Notes: a model not told the origin generated them from the sequence alone. A stretch of 64,000 nt of DNA from an uncultured Acidobacteriaceae bacterium (GCA_963746205.1 CAVVAP010000006.1:52066-116065), one strand, 5' to 3'. Shown: positions 38,558 to 49,615, counted from the stretch's first letter. Numbers and translations are program-made.

Positions 38558-40006
38558 CTAAAACTTTCGCAGCATCTCCGGCATCGCCTTGTGCCATTCC
38601 GTCGCTTGTTCGTATTCGTGCGCCGCCTGGAGCAGCACATTCCCCCTCCACGGCGCCGCCGCCAGTTGCAAACCAATCGGCATGCCATCCGCCGTGAAGC
38701 CGCAGGGAATGGAAATCGCCGGAATTCCCCAAACATTAAAGGGCCGCGTGTTGCGCAGCATCACCACCTCTTGCGCCCGCAAGTCATCGGGGTGGGCGCG
38801 GAGGGTGGCGATTTCGGGCGGCGGGATGGGAACGGTCGGCGTTAGCAGCACATCGACTTCCTCGAATATTTTCCGGATCGTGTCCCGGCTGGCCTGCAGT
38901 TCGCGGCTGGTGCGCAGAATGTCCGAAACCGAAGTATTCGCTCCCGACTGAATGCGGGCGAGGGTCGCGGTCTGGTAGAGTTCGGGCGAACGCGCTACGT
39001 ACGCTTCGTGATAGACATACGCTTCCGCGCTCGAAAGCGTCCGGTCGGTGGAGACTTGCAGTTCCACATCGCGAATCTCGGCATGAAGTTCGGAAAACAC
39101 GGCGATCGCTTTTTCGGTCGCCTGCGCCACTTCGGGATCCAGATGGTCAAAGAAAAACGCTCTGGGCACGCCAATTCGCAAATTCGAGGGAAGCTCGTCG
39201 AAAGCCGAAATAAAGCTGGGTTGGGCGCAAGGATCGCTGTTCTCGTTCGCCGGGCCGCGGCCAGACAGAACTTGCAGCACCAAAGCCGCATCGTAGACGC
39301 AGTTTGCGATGGGGCCGACGTGATCGTACGAAGATGCCAGGGGAATCACTCCCCGGGCGCTCACCCGTCCGTAGGTGGCCTTGAGTCCAACCACTCCGCA
39401 GTAGGCGGCGGGCAGGCGCAGGGAACCTGCCGTGTCCGACCCGACCGCCGCGAAGCCCATAGCAGCTGCCACGCTGGCGGCTGAACCGCCTGACGATCCG
39501 CCGGCGATGCGCGCCGGATTCCACGGATTGCGAACCTCGCCGAAGTAACCGATGATCGAGCTGCCGCCATACGCGAATTCGTGCAGGTTCTGTTTGCCGA
39601 GAATAATTGCTCCGCCCGCGCGCAGCCGCCGCACAACCTCGGCGTCCTCAGTGGGAATGCGATCTTTGAAAAGCGCGCTGGCGGCCGTGGTTCGAACCCC
39701 GGCCGTGTCGATAATGTCTTTCAGGCCAATGGGGATGCCGTGCAGCGGTCCCAGATAGGCGCCGCGGTAGATTTCGCGCTCCGCCACCCGCGCTCTCTCC
39801 AGCGCGGACTCGGCCGTCACTGTGATATAGGCGTTGAGCGTAGGATTCAGCCTGGCGATGCGTCCCAGACAATCGTGAGTGAGTTCCACGGGAGAGATGG
39901 ATCGGTCGCGAAGTTTTCGACTTAGTTCGCAGATAGTGAAAGACACAGAACCCTCAATCGACCGTCGCTGGAGTAGCGCGTTGAAAAGCGCTTCGCAGCT
40001 TTCCAT
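38558..40006 (-). CDS. Amidase-signature family amidase
   Basis: The AS signature is GGSSGGSAASVAAAMGFAAVGSDTAGSLRLPAAYCGVVGLK. ATG at 40006 shares its A with the stop of the upstream permease gene (TGATG). Confidence 0.88.
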   Translation of the reverse strand: MESCEALFNALLQRRSIEGSVSFTICELSRKLRDRSISPVELTHDCLGRIARLNPTLNAYITVTAESALERARVAEREIYRGAYLGPLHGIPIGLKDIIDTAGVRTTAASALFKDRIPTEDAEVVRRLRAGGAIILGKQNLHEFAYGGSSIIGYFGEVRNPWNPARIAGGSSGGSAASVAAAMGFAAVGSDTAGSLRLPAAYCGVVGLKATYGRVSARGVIPLASSYDHVGPIANCVYDAALVLQVLSGRGPANENSDPCAQPSFISAFDELPSNLRIGVPRAFFFDHLDPEVAQATEKAIAVFSELHAEIRDVELQVSTDRTLSSAEAYVYHEAYVARSPELYQTATLARIQSGANTSVSDILRTSRELQASRDTIRKIFEEVDVLLTPTVPIPPPEIATLRAHPDDLRAQEVVMLRNTRPFNVWGIPAISIPCGFTADGMPIGLQLAAAPWRGNVLLQAAHEYEQATEWHKAMPEMLRKF

Positions 40007-41337
40007 CACTCCGCTGGCGGCAGTGGCCTGGCAAACCATTTCACCACAAAATACACCAGCGGTCCCAGCAGCAGCGCCCATGGTCCCCAGCGCAGGGCTA
40101 CGGGATCGCTATAGCGCACTGCGACATAGGTCATAGCAATCGGCATGACGATCACATAAGCGAGCCCGAAGCCGGCGCCGGGAATGCGAAACGAGCGCGG
40201 CAAGTCGGGGCGTTTGCGGCGCAGGCCCCAGGCCGCAAGCACGGTCAGCACCGTGGTGGCGGCCCGCAGCCAGACGTAAATGCTGATCAGTTCGCCGAGC
40301 GAGTGCAAGGCCAGCAACGCGTACACTGCCGACGAAATCAAGATGGCGATCCAGGGCGTGCCATACCGGGGATGCCGGCGCGCGAAAAACTTCGGCAGAT
40401 ATCCGTCCTCGGCAAGCGTGAAGGGCATGGGGGATGCAGTCAGAACCGTGCTGTTGAAGAGCGCCACATTGGCCACCATCGCGGCCGTGGTCATTAAGTA
40501 GCCGAGCCACGGGCCAGCGATCAGGAACGCGGCAGTCGAGAAATAGCCATCCTTCCAGTCCTGCCAGTTCCCCAGCGCCACCAGTCCAGCGAATACCGGC
40601 AAAAAGTAGGTGGCAATGGAAAGCGGAATCACCAGCGCCAGTGCTTTCGGATAACTGCGCTGCGGATTTTCCACATCTTCGGCCACACTCGAGACCTGCT
40701 CGTAGCCTGAGTATCCCCAAATTACCAGCGCGAGCCCGATGCCAAACACTTTTGAAAAAGCCTGGTGCGGCGGCGTCAGAGGCACAAAGGGATTGTGCCG
40801 CCACTTCGCGAGCCCGAGCACAACCATGGCAATTACCGGAATAAAAATGAAAATTTCGAAAGCAGTCGCCGCTTTGCCGACCATCTGTATGCCATGGATA
40901 TTCACCCAGGCGATGAAACTGATCAGCGCAAAACAAACCAGCCAGTGTTTCCAGCCCACGATGCCGGGAAAATAAAAAGTCAGGTAATCGGTGAAGAGAA
41001 CGGCATACGAGCCACCCAAAAGAAAGGATGCGGACCAGTTCCACCACGCCGCCAGGAATCCCCAAAAGTCGCCGAAGGCGGCGCGCGTCCAGCGATAAAA
41101 GCCGCCTTCCACCGGCATGGCGGTGGTGAGTTCGGCCGTGACCAGTGAGACCGGGATGCTCAGGAAAAAAGGAATGACCAGCAGGAAGATCAAGCTCATC
41201 CCGGGTCCGCTCGTCGTGACCATCGCTTCAAGTCCGAACGGGCCACCCGTAGTGTAGGAAAACATCACGAAGACAAAATAAAAGAGACTGGCTTTGCGAA
41301 CGGTCGCGGCCGTGGACGATGCTGGGGAGTTCACCAT
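40006..41337 (-). CDS. APC-family amino acid/polyamine permease
   Basis: A 12-TM protein, ..FYFVFVMFSYTTGGPFGLE...AELTTAMPVEGGFYRW.., typical of the APC superfamily. Confidence 0.88.
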   Translation of the reverse strand: MVNSPASSTAATVRKASLFYFVFVMFSYTTGGPFGLEAMVTTSGPGMSLIFLLVIPFFLSIPVSLVTAELTTAMPVEGGFYRWTRAAFGDFWGFLAAWWNWSASFLLGGSYAVLFTDYLTFYFPGIVGWKHWLVCFALISFIAWVNIHGIQMVGKAATAFEIFIFIPVIAMVVLGLAKWRHNPFVPLTPPHQAFSKVFGIGLALVIWGYSGYEQVSSVAEDVENPQRSYPKALALVIPLSIATYFLPVFAGLVALGNWQDWKDGYFSTAAFLIAGPWLGYLMTTAAMVANVALFNSTVLTASPMPFTLAEDGYLPKFFARRHPRYGTPWIAILISSAVYALLALHSLGELISIYVWLRAATTVLTVLAAWGLRRKRPDLPRSFRIPGAGFGLAYVIVMPIAMTYVAVRYSDPVALRWGPWALLLGPLVYFVVKWFARPLPPAE

Positions 41338-41457
41338 CAGCGTGGGCGAAGGATCAAGTTCAGGTTCAAAGGTGGCCGCAAGTGTACAGGAATGCCCGGC
41401 GAACCGCCGCAGGCCGAGTTTCTGCGGCGCATTTCTACGCTGAACCTCTACGGCGCA

Positions 41458-41964
41458 CTATTCGCCGATTCCCAGCGGAAGACGAACACCGGCCTGCTCG
41501 AAAGCGAGCAACTTCCTCTTGATGTCGAGGCCCCCACCATAACCGCAGAGCGAACCGTTCGCCGCAATCACGCGGTGGCATGGGACGATAAGGGCGACCG
41601 GATTCCGGTTGTTGGACATGCCGACGGCACGGCAGGCTTGCGGATGGCCGATCGCTCGGGCGATGTCGCTGTAACTGCGCGTCTCGCCGTAAGGAATATC
41701 GAGAAGCGCGCCCCAGCATGCGAGTTGGAAGCTGGTTCCGCGAAGATCGAGCGGTACCGAAAACGCGCGACGCTCTCCCGCGAAGTACTGCTCGAGTTCT
41801 AAAATATAAGGCGCCATCTCCGACTTGGAATCGCGCAATCGGACCGGAGAATTGAGCCGGTGAAGGCGGGATTCAAACTCGAGTCGCACCAGACCTTTGT
41901 CAGAAGCGGCGAGAAACAGCCCGCCTGCCGGCGAAGCCATATGAATGCAGCATAGAGCTTCCAT
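41458..41964 (-). CDS. ogt: Methylated-DNA--protein-cysteine methyltransferase
   Basis: The active site is IVPCHRVIAANGSLCGYGGG. ATG at 41964 was chosen (MEALCC..), and the start is uncertain. Confidence 0.85.
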   Translation of the reverse strand: MEALCCIHMASPAGGLFLAASDKGLVRLEFESRLHRLNSPVRLRDSKSEMAPYILELEQYFAGERRAFSVPLDLRGTSFQLACWGALLDIPYGETRSYSDIARAIGHPQACRAVGMSNNRNPVALIVPCHRVIAANGSLCGYGGGLDIKRKLLAFEQAGVRLPLGIGE

Positions 41965-42022
41965 AACGGGTTGGAGAATACCACGACCGATGCAACGGAA
42001 ACTTGGGGACGTCAGCACTCAT

Positions 42023-42051
42023 GAAAAAAGCCCCTCGCTTTCGCGAGAGGC
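42023..42051 (-). terminator. Rho-independent terminator downstream of the OmpA-like gene
   Basis: The hairpin is GCCCCTCGC-TTTC-GCGAGAGGC (42030-42051, 8 of 9 bp). On the minus strand it is followed by a run of six T (plus-strand A run 42024-42029). Confidence 0.55.
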
Positions 42052-42108
42052 TCTTTTCTTTGCCCTTGGGGGAGGGCTTGATTATCTTGTGATTTACTTC
42101 TGTTGCGA

Positions 42109-43008
42109 TTACTTTTGTTGATCCGCGGCTGCCGGATTGCTGCTCGTGGAAGCCAGTTGCTCCAGGTTGTTTTTCAGGAGGCTGATTTCCACGCGTCCGC
42201 CGTTCATGCGTTTCGGCTTAGCATCGCCCGTAGCGGCTGCGGTCGCAACGGGAGCGTTGCCCATGCCGACAAGGTATATCCGGTAAATCGGAATGTCATG
42301 GTTCAATGCCAGGTAGCGAACCACCGACTCCGCCATTTTTTGCGAAGTCGCGATTGCCGCCTGCCCGCGGCCTGACGAGAAGCCTTGCACTTCGACCACA
42401 TAGCCATGCTGGTCTTTCAGCGGGGTGGCCATTTCGTCGAGCGCGCTCTTGGCATTCTGGCTGAGCACGGTCTGACCCGGCTTGAACAGAATTTCCGTCT
42501 GCGTAGTCGGCTGATACTGGTCGATATTGGTCACCACCTGCTCCACCGTGTTCAAGCGGGCATGAGCCTGCTGCGCCGTCTGCTGCGCTGCCTGCGCCCG
42601 ATTGCCGGCGTCGATGGCGTGCTGATCGGCCTCATTGGCTTTGGCCGATGCCAGCTGAATTCCCTGCTGGGCGCGAGCATCGGTGTCCTTGATGGCCTTG
42701 CTGTTGGAGGCCGTCAGCTCGTCGAGCTCGTTGATGCGGTCCCGGATCGGCTGCGTCTGTCGCGCCACATACTTCTTGCGCGCGAAGGGATTCAGATGTC
42801 CCCAGAAGCCTTCCCGCGTTTCGGGTTGTAAGGGATCCTTGCCGGTGGCGCTGTCGGCTTTGGTCGGCATCGCGGTAGCGGCCGAACTGGCCTGAGTGGA
42901 TGCGCTAGCCGGCTGGGAGGCAGAATTGTCCTGCGCCAGAGCCGGCAATGCGAAAGCGGTCGCCAGCAGAATTGCGAAGATCGCTGCGAAGATGGTGCGG
43001 TTCTTCAT
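42109..43008 (-). CDS. OmpA-family periplasmic/outer-membrane protein with a coiled-coil N-terminal region
   Basis: The signal peptide is MKNRTIFAAIFAILLATAFALPALAQ. The middle is Q/A-rich and helical. The C-terminal OmpA-like domain reads ..GYVVEVQGFSSGRG...SVVRYLA... Confidence 0.8.
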   Translation of the reverse strand: MKNRTIFAAIFAILLATAFALPALAQDNSASQPASASTQASSAATAMPTKADSATGKDPLQPETREGFWGHLNPFARKKYVARQTQPIRDRINELDELTASNSKAIKDTDARAQQGIQLASAKANEADQHAIDAGNRAQAAQQTAQQAHARLNTVEQVVTNIDQYQPTTQTEILFKPGQTVLSQNAKSALDEMATPLKDQHGYVVEVQGFSSGRGQAAIATSQKMAESVVRYLALNHDIPIYRIYLVGMGNAPVATAAATGDAKPKRMNGGRVEISLLKNNLEQLASTSSNPAAADQQK

Positions 43009-43486
43009 TTTTAACTTCCTCCAAATTAAGGAGTGGCGGAGCCACTCCGCGCGCCTTCAGCGCGATTTTGATTGCGTCGTTACCAAAACAGATGCTTTGG
43101 AGAGCAACATCGACGCCACGGTTGCCCTTAAAGTGTACCTGCCCTCTTAAAGCCTTACAAAATTAAACCGTTGCAAAAACCTCGGCCCGAGCTGCGGACC
43201 TGCATTTCTATAACAGTTTTCGTGCCAAATCGACCCTCCCCGCATCAACAGCCCAAGTGTCCTTTTTTCATAGACATAACCACTCGATTCTTTCCCGCGT
43301 CCGAACCGCGGCAGCGGTAATTTTGGCGGGAACCGGTATAAAATCTGCGTCCGGAGGCTTTCGCGCCCGCAATGCTGGAACTAAACCCCTCAGCGGCAGA
43401 CGCCTTCTGTGGTCTGCCCGACCCTTCCGCACTGCGCTTCCGCACTACCCGCCCACACTATGCGTTAAACTATGCGCTGTTGCCCT

Positions 43487-44644
43487 ATGAAACGTCCATT
43501 GTTTCCTCTGATTCTCCTGCTCCTCGTATTCGCTTGTTTCCTGTTCGCCTCGATCGCTTCCGCCTCTGCAGAACTTACCCGTTTCGACATCAGCCGACTG
43601 AAGGCGCCCTCCGGATTCCATGTTTCGGTTTTTGCCTCGGACGTGGATGGCCCTCGCATGATGGTCTTCACCCCCGGAGGCGTCCTCCTGGTCAGCGAAT
43701 CGGGTGAGGGTCGCGTAGCCGCCTTCCCCGACTCCAAACACTCCGGCAAGGCCGAACGCGAGGTGAGCGTCCTGCAAGGCCTGAATGAGCCTCACGGCCT
43801 CGCATTTTACGAAGGCAAGCTCTACGTGGCGGAAAACGACAAGGTCCGCCGCTATGACTGGGACGAGGCTCATCTGCGGGCCAGCAATCCAAAATTCCTC
43901 GCCGATCTGCCCACGGGCGGCGGCCACTCCACCCGCACCGTGCTGTTTCACGACGGCAAGATGTACGTCTCGGCAGGATCCAGTTGCAACGTCTGTATCG
44001 AAAAGGATCCGCGGCGGGCGGCGGTCATGCAGTTCAATCCCGATGGCAGCGCTCAAAAAATATTTGCCCGGGGCCTGCGCAATGCCGTCGGCCTCGCGCT
44101 GAATCCTAAAACCGATACCGTCTGGGTGACGGTCAACGGCCGCGACTGGTTGGGCGACGATCTACCGCCCGAGACCATCTACGATCTCGGTACAGGCGGA
44201 GGTACAGGCAACGATGGCGGCTGGCCCTATTGCTACGGCGATCGCGTCCCTGATCCGGAATTTACCAAGCCGGGCGACAACCGCTGCCAGAGCGTGCTCG
44301 AGCCCAAAGTGCAAATGCAGGCGCACTCCGCGCCCCTCGGGCTCGCATTTTACGAAGCATCGCAGTTTCCCGCCGACTACCAGAACAACATTTTCGTCGC
44401 CTTCCACGGCTCCTGGAATCGCAGTGTCCCGACGGGATACAAAATCGTGCGGGTGAAGCTTGACGACAAAGGCCAGCCCAGCGGCGGCGCGCAGGACTTC
44501 ATCACCGGGTGGCTGGCGCCGGGAGAAACCAAAAAAGGCCGTTGGATGGGCCGCCCCGTGGGCATTGTCGTCGACGGCGATGGGACGATGTATATCAGCG
44601 ATGACGCGGCGGGCATGATTTACCGCGTCACCTATGCGAAGTAA
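43487..44644 (+). CDS. Sorbosone/glucose dehydrogenase-like beta-propeller protein (PQQ-dependent sugar dehydrogenase family)
   Basis: ATG at 43487 is followed by a signal peptide. ..GFHVSVFASDVDGPRMMVFTPGGVLLVSE...EPHGLAF..GKLYVAE...RNAVGLA.. is typical of this family. Confidence 0.82.
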   Translation: MKRPLFPLILLLLVFACFLFASIASASAELTRFDISRLKAPSGFHVSVFASDVDGPRMMVFTPGGVLLVSESGEGRVAAFPDSKHSGKAEREVSVLQGLNEPHGLAFYEGKLYVAENDKVRRYDWDEAHLRASNPKFLADLPTGGGHSTRTVLFHDGKMYVSAGSSCNVCIEKDPRRAAVMQFNPDGSAQKIFARGLRNAVGLALNPKTDTVWVTVNGRDWLGDDLPPETIYDLGTGGGTGNDGGWPYCYGDRVPDPEFTKPGDNRCQSVLEPKVQMQAHSAPLGLAFYEASQFPADYQNNIFVAFHGSWNRSVPTGYKIVRVKLDDKGQPSGGAQDFITGWLAPGETKKGRWMGRPVGIVVDGDGTMYISDDAAGMIYRVTYAK

Positions 44645-44650
44645 TGGGAT

Positions 44651-45766
44651 TCACTTCCCGCAATACTTCTCATACTGCTGGTAGATAAACGGATCGGTCA
44701 TGCCCGCGATATAGTCGCAGATGATGCGGGGCAGTGGTTCCTCCGCCATTTTTTCGCGGTAGTTGCGCGGCAGGTCGTTCGGTTCTTCCATCCAATGCGC
44801 GAACAGTTCACTGGTAATGCGTTCCGCGTCCTCTTTCTCGCTCGCGAGCGCCGGACTGTAATAAAGATTTTCATAGAGAAACTCTTTCAAGGCCCTGCGT
44901 TCCGCTTCCACCCCAGGACTGAAGCTGGCTAACCGCTCCGGATGCCGGCGCACATCCTCCAGCGAAACCACTCCTTCCATTTTCACGCGCTGCGCCGTGT
45001 TCGCGATCAGATCTCCCACCAGCGCATTCAGAATGCTTTTCAGAGCCTCGTTGAACACCAGCTTTTCGGCGACATTCGGATACCGCGCTTTGGCCTCCAG
45101 AAAATGGCGCCCAAACAGCTCGACGCTCTCCGCCATCTGCTCGAGGGTTAACAATCGCGCTTCATAGCCGTCATCCAGGTCGGCGGTGTTGTAGGCAATC
45201 TCATCCGTCAGGTCAATCAGCTGCGCTTCGAGCGGCGGCCGCTGATCGAGCAAATACTCACCCAGTTCGGGATGGTCTTGGACGGCGTAATCGCGCGAGT
45301 GCTTGATGATGCCTTCCCGGACTTCAAAGGTGAGATTCAATCCGCGGAATGCCGCGTAACGCTGCTCGAAGTCTTCCACGATGCGGAGCGCGTGCAGATT
45401 GTGATCGAACGAAAAACCATGCCCGCGCATGGCGGTGTCGAGCGCCTTTTCTCCGGAATGCCCGAAAGAGGGATGGCCGAGGTCGTGCACCAGGGCCAGC
45501 GCTTCCACCAGATCGCCGTTGAGTCCGAGTTGCGCCGCTATAGTCCGCGAGATTTGCGCGACCTCGATGGTATGCGTCAGCCGGTTGCGGAAGTGGTCGG
45601 AGTAGCGGCGGGTGAAAACCTGCGTCTTCGCTTCCAGTCGTCGAAACGCCCGGGCATGGACCACGCGGTCGCGGTCGCGTTGAAAGTCGTTGCGGTAGGG
45701 ATGCGGCGGCTCGGCATGACGGCGTCCGCGGGAGTCTTCGGCGCGCACCGCGTAGTCGGCGAGCAT
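44651..45766 (-). CDS. dgt: dGTP triphosphohydrolase-like HD-domain protein
   Basis: ..FQRDRDRVVHARAFRRLEAKTQVF...RNRLTHTIEVAQISR...HDLGHPSFGH.. Confidence 0.88.
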   Translation of the reverse strand: MLADYAVRAEDSRGRRHAEPPHPYRNDFQRDRDRVVHARAFRRLEAKTQVFTRRYSDHFRNRLTHTIEVAQISRTIAAQLGLNGDLVEALALVHDLGHPSFGHSGEKALDTAMRGHGFSFDHNLHALRIVEDFEQRYAAFRGLNLTFEVREGIIKHSRDYAVQDHPELGEYLLDQRPPLEAQLIDLTDEIAYNTADLDDGYEARLLTLEQMAESVELFGRHFLEAKARYPNVAEKLVFNEALKSILNALVGDLIANTAQRVKMEGVVSLEDVRRHPERLASFSPGVEAERRALKEFLYENLYYSPALASEKEDAERITSELFAHWMEEPNDLPRNYREKMAEEPLPRIICDYIAGMTDPFIYQQYEKYCGK

Positions 45767-45789
45767 GAACAGAGTCTACAGGCGGTGGC

Positions 45790-47881
45790 TTACTTCGCGC
45801 CTTCTTCTTTCGCCAGTTTCATCTTGGCGGAGTCCAGTTTTTTCTGCACCCGCGCCACATCCGCGGGATCGACCTCGGCGGATATCGTGCGGTTCCACTC
45901 CGAGAGTGCGCGCTCCCAGTTGGTCGCGGCCAGTTTCAGGCGTCCGGTTTTCTGGTACAGATCGCCGAGGTGGTCGTGTACCGTCGCATCGGTATTGATT
46001 TTCTGCGACGCTTTCAGCAGGTTGTCTTCCGCCAGTTGAAATTTCCCCAGCCGAAAATACGCCCAGCCTAGCGAATCCAGATAAGCGCCGTTGGATGGAT
46101 CGAGATCGACCGCGCGCTGGATGTACCCGAAAGCCTCTTCCAGCTTCATGTTCTGGTCGGCCAGCATGTAACCCAGATAGTTCAGCGTCGACGCGTGGTC
46201 AGGATCGCTGGCCAACACTTTCTTGAACTGCTCTTCCGCTTCGGAGTAACGCTTTGCGCGCTCAAACGTCGATCCCCGGAGAAACCAGACGTACTCCTTG
46301 TCATCCTGTTTGGTGGAGAGTTGCTCCGCCTTGTCCAGCGCCTGCTCGGCATCGGAAAAGCGCCGCAGCCGCGTGTACATCTGCGCCAGCGTGATATAAA
46401 CCTGCCGGTCGTCATTGGCTGAGGCCGCGTCACCCTTCAGCATGCCGCGAACATCCTTGAGCGCCTTTTCCGCGTCGCCCATGTCCGCCTGCTGCGCCGC
46501 CAGGACCATTTTCAAATCGCGGCTGGTGGGCAGTTTTTCGACGGCTTCTTTCGCCGCATCGGTGGCTTTCTGCCACTCCTTGGCTTCGCGCCAGGTGTCC
46601 ACAATCTGCTGATACCCGCGCTCGATATTGTCATCCCCGCCCAGCGCGACGATCTGGCGGAAGGCCTCGTTGGCCTCCTGATTGTTCCCCTGATCGCGGT
46701 AGATCGACCCCAACCGTTCCAGAAAAACCGCGCGATTGCTCTTCTCCCCGTTCGAGTACTTGCCGTCAGCCTTTTCCGATTTCTTCAGCAAGTCCTTCAT
46801 GATCGGGATGGCTTCGTCGTAACGCCCCTGCGCCTCATAGATGGCGGCGATGTTGTAGGGAACTTCTACGGAGTCCTGCACCATGGACTCAGCTTTCTTC
46901 AGATTCTCGAGCGCCAAATCGAACTTGCCCTGCTTGCGATAGATTTCCGCAATGCGAACGTAGGTCTGCGCGTCCTCGGGATTCGCGTCCGCGATCACTT
47001 TGTATTGCTGCAACGCCGCATCCGCCTGGCCATCGTTCAGCAGGTTCTGCGCCAGGCCGCGGATCGCGTCCAGATTGTCGCGGTCCATTTCAATGGCGTG
47101 CCGGTAGGATTCAATGGCATTCTTGTATTGCTTTTGCTGCTCATAGGTGTAGCCCAGCGCGGAATAGAGTTTCGCCGACTTCTGCGTGTTCGGCACCGAA
47201 CTCAACACCTGCGTGGCCCGCGCCGTGTCGCCCAGTTCGTTGTAGAGATAGGCGAGCGTGGTAACCGCTTCTTCCGAATCCGGCTGCAATTTCACCGCGA
47301 TCTTGAACTCGGTCTCCGCCTTTTGCAGATCGTTGTTCAGGCGATACAGCCGCCCCAGAAGCAGGTGATCGTCCATGCTGTCGGGCTGCAGGCGGACGAT
47401 CTGCTCATATTGTTCGATCGCCAGTTTCAGCACGCTCTCCGAACCGCTCCCCGCCTGCATATCGCCCAGCGATCGCAAATAAATCCGGCCCAGCAAACGG
47501 CGGGCCTCGAGATTGTTCGGGTTCTTCTTGATGATGTCCTGCGCTTCGATCACCGCATCCCGAATCCGTCCAGTTTTGGCGTAAAGTTCCGCCAAGCCTG
47601 AGGTCAGGTACGCCGAGGTGGGGTCGGCGTCAATCGCGGCGCGGTATTCTTCAATCGCTTTGCTGGCCATTTCACTGCGGCCGTAGGTGGAGACTTGCTC
47701 CTCATACATGTGCGCCAGCGCAAAGTGATAGTAGGCGGCGGCGCGGTCCGGCATTTTGCCCTTTGCGGACTGTGAACTGGGGGCAACTGCCACATCCGCC
47801 GCGCGCGCCGCCGGCCGCTCTCTGGCCGAACAAAAAAACACCCGTGAAAACGAGACTGGCGATCGACCACCGTTTTTTCAT
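45790..47881 (-). CDS. Multi-TPR repeat protein. The signal peptide (ATG 47881) is separated from the body by a frameshift in an A7/T7 run.
   Basis: The body ORF 45790..47841 has more than 10 TPR units. The upstream ORF in another frame encodes MKKRWSIASLVFTGVF, and the frames meet at the homopolymer 47832-47838. Confidence 0.8.
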
Positions 47882-48063
47882 GAAAAATCCTGCAACCTCT
47901 GAATTATGGCCCACAAACTCAATTGGATGCCAATCCGCAGCCCCCCGGATTTTCTTATTCTACCCTCGCCCGGCGGCAAGGCGGGCGGGAAAGCGTGCCA
48001 TGGCCGGCGAAGCCGGAAGTACAGCGGCTTCGGTGAGAGAAAACAACTTCCGCCGGCTCAAAC

Positions 48064-49615
48064 CTAATGCCGGAAGTGCCGTAACCCCGGTAAAAATCAT
48101 CGCCAGTCCCAGGCGGTCAGCCGCCTCAATGACTTCCTGGTCGCGCACCGAACCGCCGGGCTGAATAATGGCGGTGGCGCCGGCTTTGGCGATTTCCTCG
48201 ACTCCGTCGGGAAAGGGAAAAAAGGCGTCGGAGGCGGCCACCGTGCCCTTCAGCGGCAATGCGCTTTCATCGCGCCCATCTTGCAGGAATCGACGCGGCT
48301 CATCTGTCCCGCGCCCACGCCTACGGTCTGTCCGTCGCGCGCATAGAGGATGGCATTGGACTTCACGTGCTTGCAGACCTTCCAGGCAAAAAGCAACGCC
48401 CGTTTTTCCTCCGCGCGTGGGCGGCCGCCTGGTGACAACTTCAGATCGGACTTCGGCGAGCTTGTGCAGGTCGGAATCCTGCACCAGCATGCCCCCTGAA
48501 ATATTTTTCAGCACCCAGGTTTCGTCCCGGGGGGACCTCGACCAGCCGCAGATTCTTTTTCGCGGCAAAAGCGGCTTTCGCGCCCTCGTCGAAGGCGGGC
48601 GCGGCGATCACTTCCAGAAAAAGCTTCGCCATTTCGGCGGCGGCCGCCGCATCCACGGTGCGGTTCACTCCGATCACTCCGCCAAAAGCCGACACCGGAT
48701 CGCATTCCAGCGCCCGCACATAAGCCTCGGCCAATGTTTTCGCCGGTTGCGGTGCCGCACGGATTCGTGTGTTTGATAATGGCGCACACCGGTTCGTCGA
48801 ATTCCTGCGCCAAATCCCAGGCTGCCTGCAGATCGACGATGTTGTTATAACGAAAGTTCCTTGCCCTGGACCTGGTGTGCGTTGGCCACACCCGCGCCCG
48901 TGCCGTCGCTGTACATGGCCGCCTTCTGATGCGGATTTTCTCCGTAGCGCAGGTCCGTCACTTTCTGAAAAGACAGTCGCAGATGGCTCGGGAAGCCCGC
49001 CGCCGGGTGCAACTCGAAGTCGTCGCCTACCCGTTCGAGAGTCGAGGCGATGGCGGAATCATAAGCTGCGGTCGTGGCAAACGCCTTCTGCGCCAGCCGC
49101 CATTTGGTTTCCCGCGACAATTCGCCTCCGGAGCGCGCCATCTCCTCCGCGATGGCCACATAATCGGCGGGCGAAGTTACTACCGCGACGTCCTGGAAAT
49201 TCTTGGCGGCCGAGCGGATCATGGAAGGTCCGCCAATGTCTATATTTTCGATCAGCGTATCGAAATGCACGCCCGGCATGGCCGCGGTCTTCTCAAAGGC
49301 ATAAAGATTCACCACCACCATGTCGATGGCGGGAATGCCATGCTCCGCCACCGCCGCGCGATGGCCGCTATCTCCACGGCGATGCAGTATGCCGCCGTGC
49401 ACCTTGGGATGCAGCGTCTTAACGCGGCCATCCAGCATTTCAGGGAACCCCGTCAAATCCGAAATGTCCCTGACCGTAATCCCGGATTCGCGCAACAAGC
49501 GCGCCGTGCCGCCGGTCGAAATCAATTCCACCCCCTGCGTCTCCAGTTTGCGGGCAAAATCGACCAGTCCGGATTTATCGGTAACACTAAGAATAGCTCG
49601 CAGGATTTTAGCCAT
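48064..49615 (-). pseudogene. purH: Bifunctional AICAR transformylase / IMP cyclohydrolase with about six frame breaks
   Basis: PurH-like sequence is spread over five track ORFs in three frames (48845..49630, 48508..48891, 48441..48734, 47960..48568, 48250..48438). It starts MAKILRAILSVTDKSGL.. and has a restorable end ..FTGVRHFRH*. Confidence 0.9.

Noticed and set aside
43030-43048. The perfect hairpin GGAGTGGC-GGA-GCCACTCC as a terminator.
   Set aside because: It lies in the 5' leader of the OmpA-like gene (start 43008, minus strand), just upstream of its GGAGGA RBS. It has no U-tract and no gene ending nearby. At most it is a leader structure, which I cannot evaluate further.
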